Positions 37,400-50,125 are shown, counted from the first letter of the whole stretch. The stretch: 62,931 bases of DNA, filler included, from Asterionella formosa (GCA_002256025.1; 27 parts of 27 records of this genome joined end to end with filler, not necessarily neighbours in it); one strand, 5' to 3'. Notes: generated from the sequence alone by a model not told the origin. Numbers and translations are program-made.

Positions 37400-39631
37400 G
37401 CATCTAAGCCGCGTATTACGTGAAGTGACCATCACATAAATAAGCCTAGTTGATTTTGAATGCATCACATGAATAAGTTGAATACATCAAAATACGTAGT
37501 TGAATATATCTATATATTATCTGAATGCATCACGTTAAATATTTGATCAAAGTATCATGCATGCATTCCTGATCATCACTATATTATATGATCACCTACA
37601 CATAATTATTTGAAATACTTCACATAATTATTTGAAATACTTCACATAATTATTTGAAATACTTCACGTAATTCTGTAATTTCGTTCACATAATTCTAGA
37701 ATAAAGTTCACTTAATATGTAAGATTTGTTTACGTAATTTTCTGGAGTTCATTCAACTAAATTAAAGAGTTTCATTAATGAAATAAAGCCTGCTCATTCG
37801 GAACGGCATGCGAATGCTCCTGCACTGAAAGGGTTTGCTGCAATGTCAATTGAATGTAAAGGAAGATCAGTGTGAGTTATCAGTAGCGTTGCTCATTTAG
37901 CCGTCAAAATAGCGCAGTAATCTTACCAGAACAACGTTCATTCCGGACCTCATTGTCCCTGCCTGTTGTCAACAACAATGCGTGAGCTGACAAGCCATAG
38001 CTACTATCATTTAGGTACACAACAAGAACACATTCACCATTCAACTGTATTGCAGAGTTCTTTTGGATTTCATCCCAATGCTCCTGAATTGAAAGGGTTT
38101 GCTGCAATGTCAATTGAATGTAGAGGAAGATCAGTGTGAGTTTTCTCAATGTTTATTGTTCCTGTCTCGTCCTTTCCTTCCTCTATTCTGAATCATGTGT
38201 CAGGCAGTGCCTACTAATGTTACGTCTCTTTCCCTGCTGTTAGTGTCACTCTGAACTTGCCGACTATTCCGTTGTTTGATTGGTTTTATGGTCCCATGCA
38301 GTTACAGACACAATGAGAAGGAATGATTTGTTAGCAAGTAGTCATGTTACATTGAAACAACGACACGCAATTCCATCGTATCTTCTTGCTTCACTTACCA
38401 CAAATCAATGCAACTGAGGATGCATAAGTCTGTAATAGTAACTTGTCAGTAAGCCAAATTCTTGAATAAGTAAGTTTCGGATATCCAATGTTGTCGAATA
38501 AAACTCACCGGTTCATTTTTGTCATCTTAACTTTGAGAGAAGGTCAACGTCTTGTCAGTTTTGTTCCAACAGAAGTGCATAGGTCCAACGAGCGACAAGA
38601 GCACTTATGCAATTTGGTTTTGTTTTGTTTTACATTGGTGCTCCCCAACAAGCGAAACGAGCTGTTGAATCAACTGAGAAAAAAGGAAATGTGGCTGCGT
38701 TTAGTTAACAATTTGTTGTTGTGCTGCCTGTCTCCCAACGATTGTCATCCAAGTAGCTACCACATTGATGGCTTCATTACCTTAAACATTCTCCATCCTT
38801 CGAAGGCGCAATGTGTCGAAGTCACAATGTTTTTCGTTATGTATTGTGAAAATTTTCTTTTCTCTTAATGTGCCTTACTACGACGTATCTTTTCATGAAG
38901 CAGCAGGCATTGTTTGTTAACATGACAGAACGATTTGAAAACTATATATGCCATGAATATACTAATAAAATTTGTAAATATATATATATATATTAAGTGT
39001 TATACATTTATAAAATTCAAAGGCACTGGTTGGGATGATCATACTCGCATATACATAATTCGAAAATACTCAATGCACCAGATGTCAATTGTTTTCCACG
39101 ACTACGTGTACCGTTATTATCTCTGAAATTTGTTTGCATCGATATTTTCTTCGTCCGTTGAAACTAATTATTTAGACCGTTCAATTGCAGCAAGGGTTTT
39201 GGTAGCAAATTGTTTAAGCCCCTTTTTTGGTTGGGAGCTCTTCATGTGTACCGGTACATCATACCGGTATGACAATAACAATATATCATATATATATACA
39301 GAGTACCAGTAGCAGGTAGTAAGTGATATACTGGGGGTAGTCGGAGTAGTAAACTAGCAACAGAACACCATATGTACAGGACTGTTGCTACTGCAGTGGG
39401 ACAGTAAATCATCATAGTTTTAGGATCATATGATCGTAAAACTAAAAACCAATAGAACACCATATGTAGGACCAGGCTGACGAGTTACTACCGGTACCAG
39501 GTAGTACGTCTACATCTTTTGTCAGCACCTTTAAGTAGCACTTACGGTTATGGTGGTACTATGTTTTTCCCTATTATTTTCTGTCGCAGCTCTGTAGAGG
39601 CTGCGATGTACGGTTATGGTGGTACTATGTT
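37400..39631. repeat. Contig nearly identical to 42063-44293 (haplotig or duplicate), with a 22-bp tandem x3 and a direct repeat of about 65 bp
   Basis: End-to-end match with only a few SNPs and a 1-bp indel. cacataattatttgaaatactt x3 at about 37599-37664; aatgctcctg...gatcagtgtgagtt at about 37814 and 38077. Confidence 0.95.
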
Positions 39632-39899
39632 NNNNNNNNNNNNNNNNNNNNNNNNNNNNNNNNNNNNNNNNNNNNTTAATTAATTAANNNNNNNNNNNNN
39701 NNNNNNNNNNNNNNNNNNNNNNNNNNNNNNNAGACGATGTCATGGCACTCCATAGGATTACATTTCAATCTATTCTAGAATGTGTATTTGAAGGAGCACG
39801 AAAAGCAAGGACAAATCCAAAAACCAGATCAATTTGTCTCTGCCGACAGGAAATAAATGTATTAGATATCAGGACAGTTCTTAATATTTAAGTTCGCTC

Positions 39900-40640
39900 G
39901 CATTGGAGTAATAAGGCTAGGCATATTGACTGCGGTAATCAATGTAGTCGATTTAACATACACATTGCAGAAATGATTACAATGGCGTTATTATTTTTGA
40001 ACATCAACTTTGTCCTTGAGATTATTCTTGTAGGCCTTTCCCAACCGTCCGAAAGTTCATCTGTACCATGTGCCAATCAATCCATTTGATGTCACGATTG
40101 TTTATCTTCGTATTAAAATTACGATTATACATCCGAAAGGTGTCCTATGGATGATTGTCAAAGTATCTCAAAAAAAGATGCATTTCGTAGACCGTGCATC
40201 CAACTTCTGAACTCCAATTCATACAGTTCTTACAAAGCCAACTCGCCCAAATTGTCTGAAGCAGAGTCTGGCCTCCTTATGTTCATGTCTCCATAGACCA
40301 TGTCATCTGGTGTCCAAATTCGCAACCTTATTCATCAATTTGTAGCTGTGTGTTTTGCTTCCGACCACAATAACTCCTGAAATTCATCCGAGCATTTCGC
40401 ACTCAACATGATTTCTAAAGCGCGCTGAGCGATGCACCGTAATAAAGCCATGTTCCACAAAACTATTGTGTTGCGGAGTGTGAGTCGAGGGGAATCAACT
40501 GCACCTTAATACTATGATTTTCACGTATTTTTTTCAGCTGCTTGCTGTTCTCACCTGCGTCATCACATCAGATGCATTTTGTCTTGTCCCCAGTCTTCAA
40601 TCTTGTAAGTAGACCATAAATAGCCATATTGGTCACTCTT
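39900..40640 (-). pseudogene. Heavily decayed Copia integrase region
   Basis: Minus-strand remnants KCI*CDDAGEN, HTPQHNSFVE, RQFGRVGFV, KLDARSTKCIF and NRDIKW parallel the sequence at 60900-61350. Confidence 0.75.
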
Positions 40641-40937
40641 CATCTTAATAAGATGGCTCCGGCGTTTCTTCAGCATACTGGCATGATCTACAGGCTTATT
40701 TTACAACAAAATAAGCAATATATAAATATTCAGGTCATAAAAGTATGTATAGATTTGTAATCTATAAAATTCACTTATGTTGAGATTGGGAAGCAGACGA
40801 AAGCAAGCAAACACACTTTCTTTCTAATGATTGCACTCAAATGTATAATTTTTCTTGTTTGCTAAAATTTAGGAGCATGAACAAAGTTAAGGCACATTTA
40901 AAACAGTAGCAACATGTTTGGTCAACGTGAATTGTAA

Positions 40938-41179
40938 TAAAATTGAAATTAAATTTTATAGTTCATAAAAGCTATCCAATAATTGCACTTGTGCCCAGAT
41001 TTTTAATGGAAACAATTAATACCGGTTTTGTTCATCCCTACAGTACAACGGCTCCTCTCTTTTCTTCAACCGCACCCCCCGGAACCCTAGGGACTACAGG
41101 TATATGAAAAAGACAGGTGAAGAATGCAGGAATCGAACCCGCCACCACAGTGGGTGTGTTCACCACTAAGCCATTCCCC
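40938..41179 (-). mobile_element. tRNA-derived SINE, copy B (full length, 242 bp)
   Basis: Minus strand GGGGAATGGCTTAGTGG...GCGGGTTCGATTCCTGCATTC with a perfect B-box. Perfect 15-bp TSD caacgtgaattgtaa at 40923-40937 and 41180-41194. Confidence 0.9.
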
Positions 41180-42062
41180 CAACGTGAATTGTAAAAAATA
41201 CATTAGTTCCATTAAAAAATTTCTGTTGTGCTTGCTATTGCCTCTATTTATGTATTATAAATATGTTATTTGCTTGTTTGTCTATATAAAATTTCCTGTT
41301 TATTTTCGTCTTTATACTCAGTCACTTTGTCCATTGACAATCAATATGTTATCATGAAATCTCAACAGAAATATCAATTACAAACTTACATAGAAAGTTG
41401 ATGTAAACAATTATGGATTTGCTAGATATTTAGTAGAAAAAGAGATTTGACATTCCTTGGATTAACTCATTGTGAATTATCAGAAACTTTTGTGCAAAGA
41501 GTGTAATGGCCCATCCTGATTTCCTGTAGCAGAGTTTGCTTTGGAACCACTTATATCAATAAATCAATGTTTGGCAGGTGCTGCTGTAGGTTTTTCCATA
41601 GTAATTTTAGATAACAGCTTAGCTAGCTTTTACCTGCACCTCAAAATGTCCGGAAAATTAGCAACCAAGTAATTGGCCATGTCTCGGAGACATATTTCTC
41701 CCACTTGCTCCAACACATCATGGTCCTTGTTCACATCCACAATCATCACCTTTTTCGTAATTTGATGCTGTCATGAATATTCTAATTACATTTTACTTTC
41801 TTTGTTTCGACTTTCTTCCACTCAGTTTCATCGTAATTCTTCTTTCGTTAATGTCATACTCTCGTCGACTTGTTGAATTTTTTACAAAGCCGCAATCTTG
41901 ATTAGAGGAGTTCCATAGATGTGCTACATTGCTCCAAATCATCTCGTTTGATCCCTCATACANNNNNNNNNNNNNNNNNNNNNNNNNNNNNNNNNNNNNN
42001 NNNNNNTTAATTAATTAANNNNNNNNNNNNNNNNNNNNNNNNNNNNNNNNNNNNNNNNNNNN

Positions 42063-44293
42063 GCATCTAAGCCGCGTATTACGTGAAGTGACCATCACAT
42101 AAATAAGCCTAGTTGATTTTGAATGCATCACATGAATAAGTTGAATACATCAAAATACGTAGTTGAATATATCTATATATTATCTGAATGCATCACGTTA
42201 AATATTTGATCAAAGTATCATGCATGCATTCCTGATCATCACTATATTATATGATCACCTACACATAATTATTTGAAATACTTCACATAATTATTTGAAA
42301 TACTTCACATAATTATTTGAAATACTTCACGTAATTCTGTAATTTCGTTCACATAATTCTAGAATAAAGTTCACTTATATGTAACATTTGTTTACGTAAT
42401 TTTCTGGAGTTCATTCAACTAAATTAAAGAGTTTCATTAATGAAATAAAGCCTGCTCATTCGGAACGGCATGCGAATGCTCCTGCACTGAAAGGGTTTGC
42501 TGCAATGTCAATTGAATGTAAAGGAAGATCAGTGTGAGTTATCAGTAGCGTTGCTCATATAGCCGTCAAAATAGCGCAGTAATCTTACCAGAACAACGTT
42601 CATTCCGGACCTCATTGTCCCTGCCTGTTGTCAACAACAATGCGTGAGCTGACAAGCCATAGCTACTAGCATTTAGGTACACAACAAGAACACATTCACC
42701 ATTCAACTGTATTGCAGAGTTCTTTTGGATTTCATCCGAATGCTCCTGCACTGAAAGGGTTTGCTGCAATGTCAATTGAATGTAGAGGAAGATCAGTGTG
42801 AGTTTTCTCAATGTTTATTGTTCCTGTCTCGTCCTTTCCTTCCTCTATTCTGAATCATGTGTCAGGCAGTGCCTACTAATGTTACGTCTCTTTCCCTGCT
42901 GTTAGTGTCACTCTGAACTCGCCGACTATTCCGTTGTTTGATTGGTTTTATGGTCCCATGCAGTTACAGACACAATGAGAAGGAATGATTTGTTAGCAAG
43001 TAGTCATGTTACATTGAAACAACGACACGCAATTCCATCGTATCTTCTTGCTTCACTTACCACAAATCAATGCAACTGAGGATGCATAAGTCTGTAATAG
43101 TAACTTGTCAGTAAGCCAAATTCTTGAAAAAGTAAGTTTCGGATATCCAATGTTGTCGAATAAAACTCACCGGTTCATTTTTGTCATCTTAACTTTGAGA
43201 GAAGGTCAACGTCTTGTCAGTTTTGTTCCAACAGAAGTGCATAGGTCCAACGAGCGACAAGAGCACTTATGCAATTTGGTTTTGTTTTGTTTTACATTGG
43301 TGCTCCCCAACAAGCGAAACGAGCTGTTGAATCAACTGAGAAAAAAGGAAATGTGGCTGCGTTTAGTTAACAATTTGTTGTTGTGCTGCCTGTCTCCCAA
43401 CGATTGTCATCCAAGTAGCTACCACATTGATGGCTTCATTACCTTAAACATTCTCCATCCTTCGAAGGCGCAATGTGTCGAAGTCACAATGTTTTTCGTT
43501 ATGTATTGTGAAAATTTTCTTTTCTCTTAATGTGCCTTACTACGACGTATCTTTTCATGAAGCAGCAGGCATTGTTTGTTAACATGACAGAACGATTTGA
43601 AAACTATATATGCCATGAATATACTAATAAAATTTGTAAATATATATATATATATTAAGTGTTATACATTTATAAAATTCAAAGGCACTGGTTGGGATGA
43701 TCATACTCGCATATACATAATTCGAAAATACTCAATGCACCAGATGTCAATTGTTTTCCACGACTACGTGTACCGTTATTATCTCTGAAATTTGTTTGCA
43801 TCGATATTTTCTTCGTCCGTTGAAACTAATTATTTAGACCGTTCAATTGCAGCAAGGGTTTTGGTAGCAAATTGTTTAAGCCCCTTTTTTGGTTGGGAGC
43901 TCTTCATGTGTACCGGTACATCATACCGGTATGACAATAACAATATATCATATATATATACAGAGTACCAGTAGCAGGTAGTAAGTGATATACTGGGGGT
44001 AGTCGGAGTAGTAAACTAGCAACAGAACACCATATGTACAGGACTGTTGCTACTGCAGTGGGACAGTAAATCATCATAGTTTTAGGATCATATGATCGTA
44101 AAACTAAAAACCAATAGAACACCATATGTAGGACCAGGCTGACGAGTTACTACCGGTACCAGGTAGTACGTCTACATCTTTTGTCAGCACCTTTAAGTAG
44201 CACTTACGGTTATGGTGGTACTATGTTTTTCCCTATTATTTTCTGTCGCAGCTCTGTAGAGGCTGCGATGTACGGTTATGGTGGTACTATGTT
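42063..44293. repeat. Near-identical duplicate of contig 37400-39631
   Basis: Same start, same end, and an almost identical ORF track. Confidence 0.95.
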
Positions 44294-44636
44294 NNNNNNN
44301 NNNNNNNNNNNNNNNNNNNNNNNNNNNNNNNNNNNNNTTAATTAATTAANNNNNNNNNNNNNNNNNNNNNNNNNNNNNNNNNNNNNNNNNNNNTGTTGTA
44401 CATTGAGCTGGGGCAGAGCGCTGGGAAAATTGATGTTGGTGGCTATTGCAAAATCTGCTGTTTCCCCATATTCCAGTGCCCAAAGTAACCCTTCTTTGCT
44501 GGGTTGATATTGGGTTGGTGCTGAGTATTCAATAACACCTAGCTAGGCTGGCAATGCCAGGAAGCGCTATTCGGGCGCCTACCCAGCAATAGACTAGTCT
44601 TACACAGTGGTTAAGACAATCTATGAGGTTATTATG

Positions 44637-44884
44637 GGTGGAATGCATGGATTAGTGGTTAGCACACCTTCTGCGGTCGTGGCGGTTCCGATTCCTGCAT
44701 TCTCCACCTGTCCTCGTTTTCAAGGAGTCCCTAGGGTTCTGGGGGTGCGGCTAACTAGAAGACAGGTCCCATTGTACCGTAAGGACAAATAACCCAGTAT
44801 TAATTGTTTCCATTCAAAATTTGGTCACGAGTGCGATTATTGGATAGCTTTATTGGACTATAAGATTTAAATTCAAATTTTAAA
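44637..44884 (+). mobile_element. tRNA-derived SINE, copy C (full length, more diverged)
   Basis: Aligns with copies A and B throughout. 12-bp TSD with one mismatch: gaggttattatg (44625-44636) / gagattattatg (44885-44896). Confidence 0.8.
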
Positions 44885-44971
44885 GAGATTATTATGCAAA
44901 AGCTGTTGTAGATATTGTGGCAGCAGTGATTTGAGGAAAACAAAAGGAGAAGAAGGAAGGAATCTGATTAT

Positions 44972-45560
44972 ATTTTGGAACTATATACTTGGGCTGTAGT
45001 CACAGCAGATCATGAGGCAATGATGTTTCTGGGTGCACTAGTTTCAAAGATACAATGGACGCCATCAGTCATCTGTTTTGAAGGAGTTTTTAATCCTGAC
45101 TTTTCTTGGTATCAGGAGTAACAAGTGTATACAGCGATTTAGAGTCCAGCAAGCAAGTACTAGTACTCAAATGTGGTATTTGAAGAAGTTTCCAACAATG
45201 AACAATTTTACAAACTACTGATACAATGTGGCTGCTGTAGCTAGCAGAACAAGAAGGAGAGGAAGGTGTGAGTGATGGGACACCAACAGTAGGTGAAAGA
45301 GGGAAAATCATCTGCCAGTTTGTTTTTGGAACTATTTACTTGGGCTGTACTCCTAGCAGATCGAGATGCCATGTCGCCTAGTTTTGAAACTAGCTAAGGT
45401 GGATGACATCAGCCAGTCGACTCTCGTCTTGAAGGAGTTTTGACTCCTGACTAGCATTATTGGTGATGTCAGGAGCGACAAGTATACAGAATGATGATTG
45501 AGATTCCAGAAATTCCTCAAATGTGGTGTTTGAAGAAGCTCCCAACAATGAACAAGTTGT
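44972..45560. repeat. Degenerate direct duplication, period about 350 bp
   Basis: tttggaactat.tacttgggctgta, ttgaaggagtttt and ctcaaatgtggt.tttgaagaag...ccaacaatgaacaa each occur twice. Confidence 0.75.
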
Positions 45561-46726
45561 TGAACCAACAGAAATGATGCAGGATGTGCGTCGCTCGAAG
45601 CCATTCTGTCAGTATTTTAGTCTTTCCGTTACACCAAAAACTATTTGTTCTTTGGTAGGAATGAAAAGATGGAATTAGGTTGGTAAGGTGGCTAAAAAAG
45701 TTACAATGGTTGAGCAGGATAAAGTGAGAAAGGTGGAGAATTGTTGCTTGGCACAACTTTGTGTGGGATACAATGACTGCCCTACATTGAGCTGCGTTCT
45801 TTTCACTGCCATATTGCAAATTGACAAAATGTATGAGGTATGTATTCGAGATAGAACAGTGCCACAGATTAGATTGCCAATCAATTTATATCTGCTGATC
45901 ATCACTCTGGTTGTCATACACAGTTAGTATGTATTTAGGTTATTATTAAAAAGATGTATGATTTTATTCTACTGAAGTTATGTTACTTTTTTTCACTATT
46001 TTTCATTAGCTATACACTACATTGCTTGTTTTCACTTCATTTCGGGTATATGTATATTATACATCTACATGCCTACCAGTAATAGACTTGGTTTTCTATT
46101 TACTGTATGTAATATAGTGCTATAGTATATGTTCTTGTGGTGACTCCATATTAAGTATTCTAAAAATTTACGATGTTCTATTCCCCACATAAACGTACCC
46201 AGGTACCAGGTACCTGGTACCAGTCGAGACGAGCAACAATGGTACCAGGTACCTGGTAGGAGTACCTGGTGAGCGATCTTGCGCATCAATACAGATGTAT
46301 ATAGGGTTAGGGTTATATCATATATGTATCAGAACTCAATAATGAGAGAACTCGACTAACACTCATTGTATACTTTGGTGTCGACTTAGAGAACGAGTTA
46401 CACACAAGGATTAACAAATAAGCTCATATATTCAATGAATACTACTACTTCTAGTTAGATACTTCACTTTGAATTCAAAAAGAGTCAAATTAGAATTAAT
46501 AGTGTTGATGTCCTCTCAAGTTCCAGTGGTCCCATTGATGAAGGATAACAACATACTAAACATAAAGATTCAAGCTTCTTCGTGTATCCTTACAAGCCAG
46601 GTCGACATTTGAAGTCTTACAGCANNNNNNNNNNNNNNNNNNNNNNNNNNNNNNNNNNNNNNNNNNNNTTAATTAATTAANNNNNNNNNNNNNNNNNNNN
46701 NNNNNNNNNNNNNNNNNNNNNNNNTG

Positions 46727-48898
46727 GGACTTGAAAACTCTTATAAAGCGGAGAAGGATGCTACCGAGGCATCGCGTAAGGCATCTGCTATAGCAAGGGC
46801 GAATAGAGAGCACGCTGATACCGCAAGGAGTCGAGTCGACACGGTCAAGGACCTGCTGAAGAAAGTGAAAGACGGCGCATCGAGTGCGGAAACAGTTGCT
46901 GTTACAGCAGAGACCGAAGCCAAGATCAGCGAGCAACGTGCAGCCATGACCGAAGCTAGGGCTTCTCGGGCCCTTGCCACTGCTGATAAGGAGCGCGCAA
47001 AGGCAGATCTCGAAACCAAGAGAGAAGAGCGTCTCGAACAAGAGGCTGCCCAATATCACGAAATCTGTGTCGAAGCAACAAAATTGGCCCGAACGTGCAG
47101 AGACAGAATGGAAAAAGCAGCAGGAATGCTTGATCGTTGTAATGAACAAATCAAACTGATTGAAAGAAGTTCCCAATATCAACAGGAATTGCGAGAATCA
47201 AACACAAACAGCAGGGCAGACTCAGATGTAGATGGAGTACCTCGGTATAGCAGCCGGTTCCTTGACAAGCACGCTTCAAAGCTGGAAGAGCGCAAGATGT
47301 GCTTGCAATTGATAAAGGAATCGTCGACAGAGAACTCAGCAGCCGAAGCAAAGAGGAGGCGAGCTCAGTCTGCTTTTGAAGATGCAGCTCACACCTGGAA
47401 GGGGCAGGCTGAAGTTGCTGCTGCGGCTAGGAAGCAAGCTGACCGAAGTTCACAAATCGCCGAGGAATTGGCAGAGCACGCTGAGGAGGAGCGTGAAGCT
47501 GCCACGCTACGGCACATTGCACGCGAGAAAGCCCAGAAAAGTATTTCTCAGACAGATAATAATCGAACAAGTGCTCAGGCCCAGCTCGCTGAGGCAGAAC
47601 GAGCGTCAGCTGAAGCCGCCAGTCTTGCTACCGAGAGTCGGCAAAACGCAGAGCGCTTGGCACGAGAAGCTGCTTCTGCAAAAGATCATACACATGCACT
47701 TCGTGCAATAGACGATGCAGTGTTGGCTCGAGATGCTGCCCAATCCGCTTTCAATTCTGCCCTCAACAACAAACTTGCTGCCGAGTCGAAGGCTGCCAAT
47801 GCAAAGCGGATTTACGATACGTCGGCAGAGGTCTTCTCTAGTGCGAAACGAGAAGCAGCGGCTGAAGCGCATAACTTGACTGCAAGACGACAATGGGAGA
47901 AAAATGCTGTGCTTGCATATAGCAAAGCCCTTATCTTCAGGAAGGAAGCACAGCATGCTCACGAGCTGGCAAAGATTGCGGCTACCACATCTTTTAAAAA
48001 GGCTGCTGCGGAACGGCATGCACGAGACTTTAAGGACAAAATGGACAAAACAACAATGATCTGTCCTGACCTAGCCTCTATGACTGCGTTGCATAGCTGC
48101 AAGTTCCGATATTGGGAGAAAAGCCATTCACTTCCATTTTTTTACATGCACAGCATCTCGCAGTCTCTGGTTCTGGAAAAACTAGAAACCGACGAAAGAA
48201 AGACTCGCGAGGATTTCGCCAAATTTACAAAAACCCATTTGTGCAGAACTTTTCCATCGTGGAAAGTGACCGAAAAAAGTAGCAACCTCAATTTTGATCC
48301 TGTCGTTCAGCATTCACTTGGCTGTCAGATTGTTGCGATGAACTTTCACTCTGCTGATGAACCATTGCTAGTCAACGATGGTCGTTTCCGAGCGAATGGA
48401 TCATCAGGTTATGTTCTGAAGCCGCCTCATCTCATCAACGACAAGAGTCCCATAGATCGGGAGCAGCAATGGAAGATTTCTGTTCTTTGCGGGAGTTGTC
48501 TTCCCAGGGCAGAGTCGTACATGTCAAAAAAGAACATTTCTGTTAGCTCGTCGTCGATCCTCTTGAACCCTTTTGTTCGGGTGACACTTTTCGAAGGAAA
48601 CCCCAATTCTGGCCCAGTATTAGTTCATTCGACTGCCCCTGCAAAGGGCAATGGCCTGAATCCAGTTTGGGACAGTGAGAAGGACACGTTTGATATGTTT
48701 GTGGTAAAACCATCCATTGCAATTGTCCTGTTCTCGGTGTATGATGCTAACACGAAAGATTTTATTGCCGGAGCTGCACTTCCGCTTAGTTGCTGCCGAG
48801 AAGGGTATCGCAGCATTGCCCTCTTTGATTCTATGCATATGAGATGTGGTCCGTACGCTTTCGCTTCATTGTTTGTGAAGGTTCAAAAACTGTCCTAA
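46727..48898 (+). CDS. PLC: Phosphoinositide phospholipase C, C-terminal part: long Ala/Glu/Arg coiled coil, Y box and C2 domain (5' end cut)
   Basis: Y box FTKTHLCRTFP...NFDP...GCQIVAMNF...NDGRFRANGSSGYVLKP. C2 domain NPFVRV...GNGLNPVW...REGYRSIAL. Frame open from the contig start. Confidence 0.9.
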   Translation, partial: GLENSYKAEKDATEASRKASAIARANREHADTARSRVDTVKDLLKKVKDGASSAETVAVTAETEAKISEQRAAMTEARASRALATADKERAKADLETKREERLEQEAAQYHEICVEATKLARTCRDRMEKAAGMLDRCNEQIKLIERSSQYQQELRESNTNSRADSDVDGVPRYSSRFLDKHASKLEERKMCLQLIKESSTENSAAEAKRRRAQSAFEDAAHTWKGQAEVAAAARKQADRSSQIAEELAEHAEEEREAATLRHIAREKAQKSISQTDNNRTSAQAQLAEAERASAEAASLATESRQNAERLAREAASAKDHTHALRAIDDAVLARDAAQSAFNSALNNKLAAESKAANAKRIYDTSAEVFSSAKREAAAEAHNLTARRQWEKNAVLAYSKALIFRKEAQHAHELAKIAATTSFKKAAAERHARDFKDKMDKTTMICPDLASMTALHSCKFRYWEKSHSLPFFYMHSISQSLVLEKLETDERKTREDFAKFTKTHLCRTFPSWKVTEKSSNLNFDPVVQHSLGCQIVAMNFHSADEPLLVNDGRFRANGSSGYVLKPPHLINDKSPIDREQQWKISVLCGSCLPRAESYMSKKNISVSSSSILLNPFVRVTLFEGNPNSGPVLVHSTAPAKGNGLNPVWDSEKDTFDMFVVKPSIAIVLFSVYDANTKDFIAGAALPLSCCREGYRSIALFDSMHMRCGPYAFASLFVKVQKLS

Positions 48899-49055
48899 AA
48901 GTTCGATGATGATTAATTACAAAGAGTTGACATATTGCTATCTGCGATTGCACCANNNNNNNNNNNNNNNNNNNNNNNNNNNNNNNNNNNNNNNNNNNNT
49001 TAATTAATTAANNNNNNNNNNNNNNNNNNNNNNNNNNNNNNNNNNNNNNNNNNNN

Positions 49056-49697
49056 GGGTCAGTTTCAGACCATCCATTGCTCCCCAACAATTTGTTATAA
49101 GTGGGTATTTCTGATTGATCATGGTTGCAAACAAGGTGGCTTCGTCTGCAGTAGGCAGTCTCACAACGGCATCTTCATGTGTCAGCAGTACTTTTACAAT
49201 CATTCGCCTTGAAAACCTCAACCAAACACTCAAAGAACCATGATTTATCCGAAAATAATCTGAAGAATCATATAGGAACCACGAGTCCTGGTCCATGCTA
49301 CCCCAAGCGCTAGACAACTGATGGAACAGAGGTATCTTTGCCGACCTTTCTTTGTTGTTGAATTTCTAACAATGAAATCCGTATTTTTCCTACAGGGAGT
49401 GAAGGAATAAAAACAAGGTTTGAACAGCTGATGTAGGAGCTCGAAAGAAGCATGGTCAAACCCACACAAGGTAATCAGAGCATCATCATGCTTGCTGTTG
49501 AACAAAGTCCAGAATGGACTCAATAATGGATGCTGTAGTGCGTGGCGACGGATTTTGCCTCTTCTTCTTCTGACCTCATCAACAGTCAAACTTTTCCTGA
49601 ACGATGGCGTCCTATTTACTGGTGGATAGCACATTGCTAACAGTAGCAATGTGATCATAATGTCATCATCATCAGGAGATGAGATGAAAGTCGACAT
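49056..49697 (-). pseudogene. PIF/Harbinger-type (DDE_Tnp_4-like) transposase N-terminal half, frameshifted near 49248
   Basis: DDALITLCGFDHASF, CLALGVAWTRTRGS...LQIIFG, then after the shift SVWLRFSRR...KYPLITNCWGAMDGLKL (first catalytic Asp). Confidence 0.8.
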
Positions 49698-50042
49698 GGT
49701 CAGTGACCGACGATGATGAATATATAGAACTCATGCATATAATGAACAAGAGGCGGCATAGCATACAAGAGGATGCATCGATATGAAAATTTAACTGTTG
49801 AAAATTAAAGTTAAAAATATGTATAATGTCAGAGAAGTAATCTAAAATATCTCTATTATCAGAGCGCAAGGACGATATTATGTAGCAGATCACCAGAATA
49901 ATTTGTGTTATAATACACACATGATATAATAATTTTTTATTATCAGAGCACGCCCACTTATAACATTGCATTTCATACTTGGTTGCTCCAAACATAATGT
50001 TCAATTTTCATAAAAATTTGCCCTGTATTGCCCCTAAATAAA

Positions 50043-50125
50043 AATTACTTAACAAATTACTTAGAGCCTAAAAATTACTTAGAAGTACCCGAATGGCAAG
50101 ACGATAGCTGGAGCGGGAATTGCCC
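50043..50125 (-). mobile_element. 5' terminus of the Harbinger element
   Basis: Minus strand begins GGGCAATTCCCGCTCCAGCTATCGTC, about 430 bp upstream of the transposase ATG. Subterminal aaattactta repeats; shared with 10915 and 17549. Confidence 0.7.

Noticed and set aside
46302..46315. Telomeric TTAGGG repeats
   Set aside because: Only about two units, and internal to the contig.
46296..46594. Possible LTR (TGTA...TACA)
   Set aside because: No second copy, recognisable PBS/PPT or linked coding region; cannot be supported.
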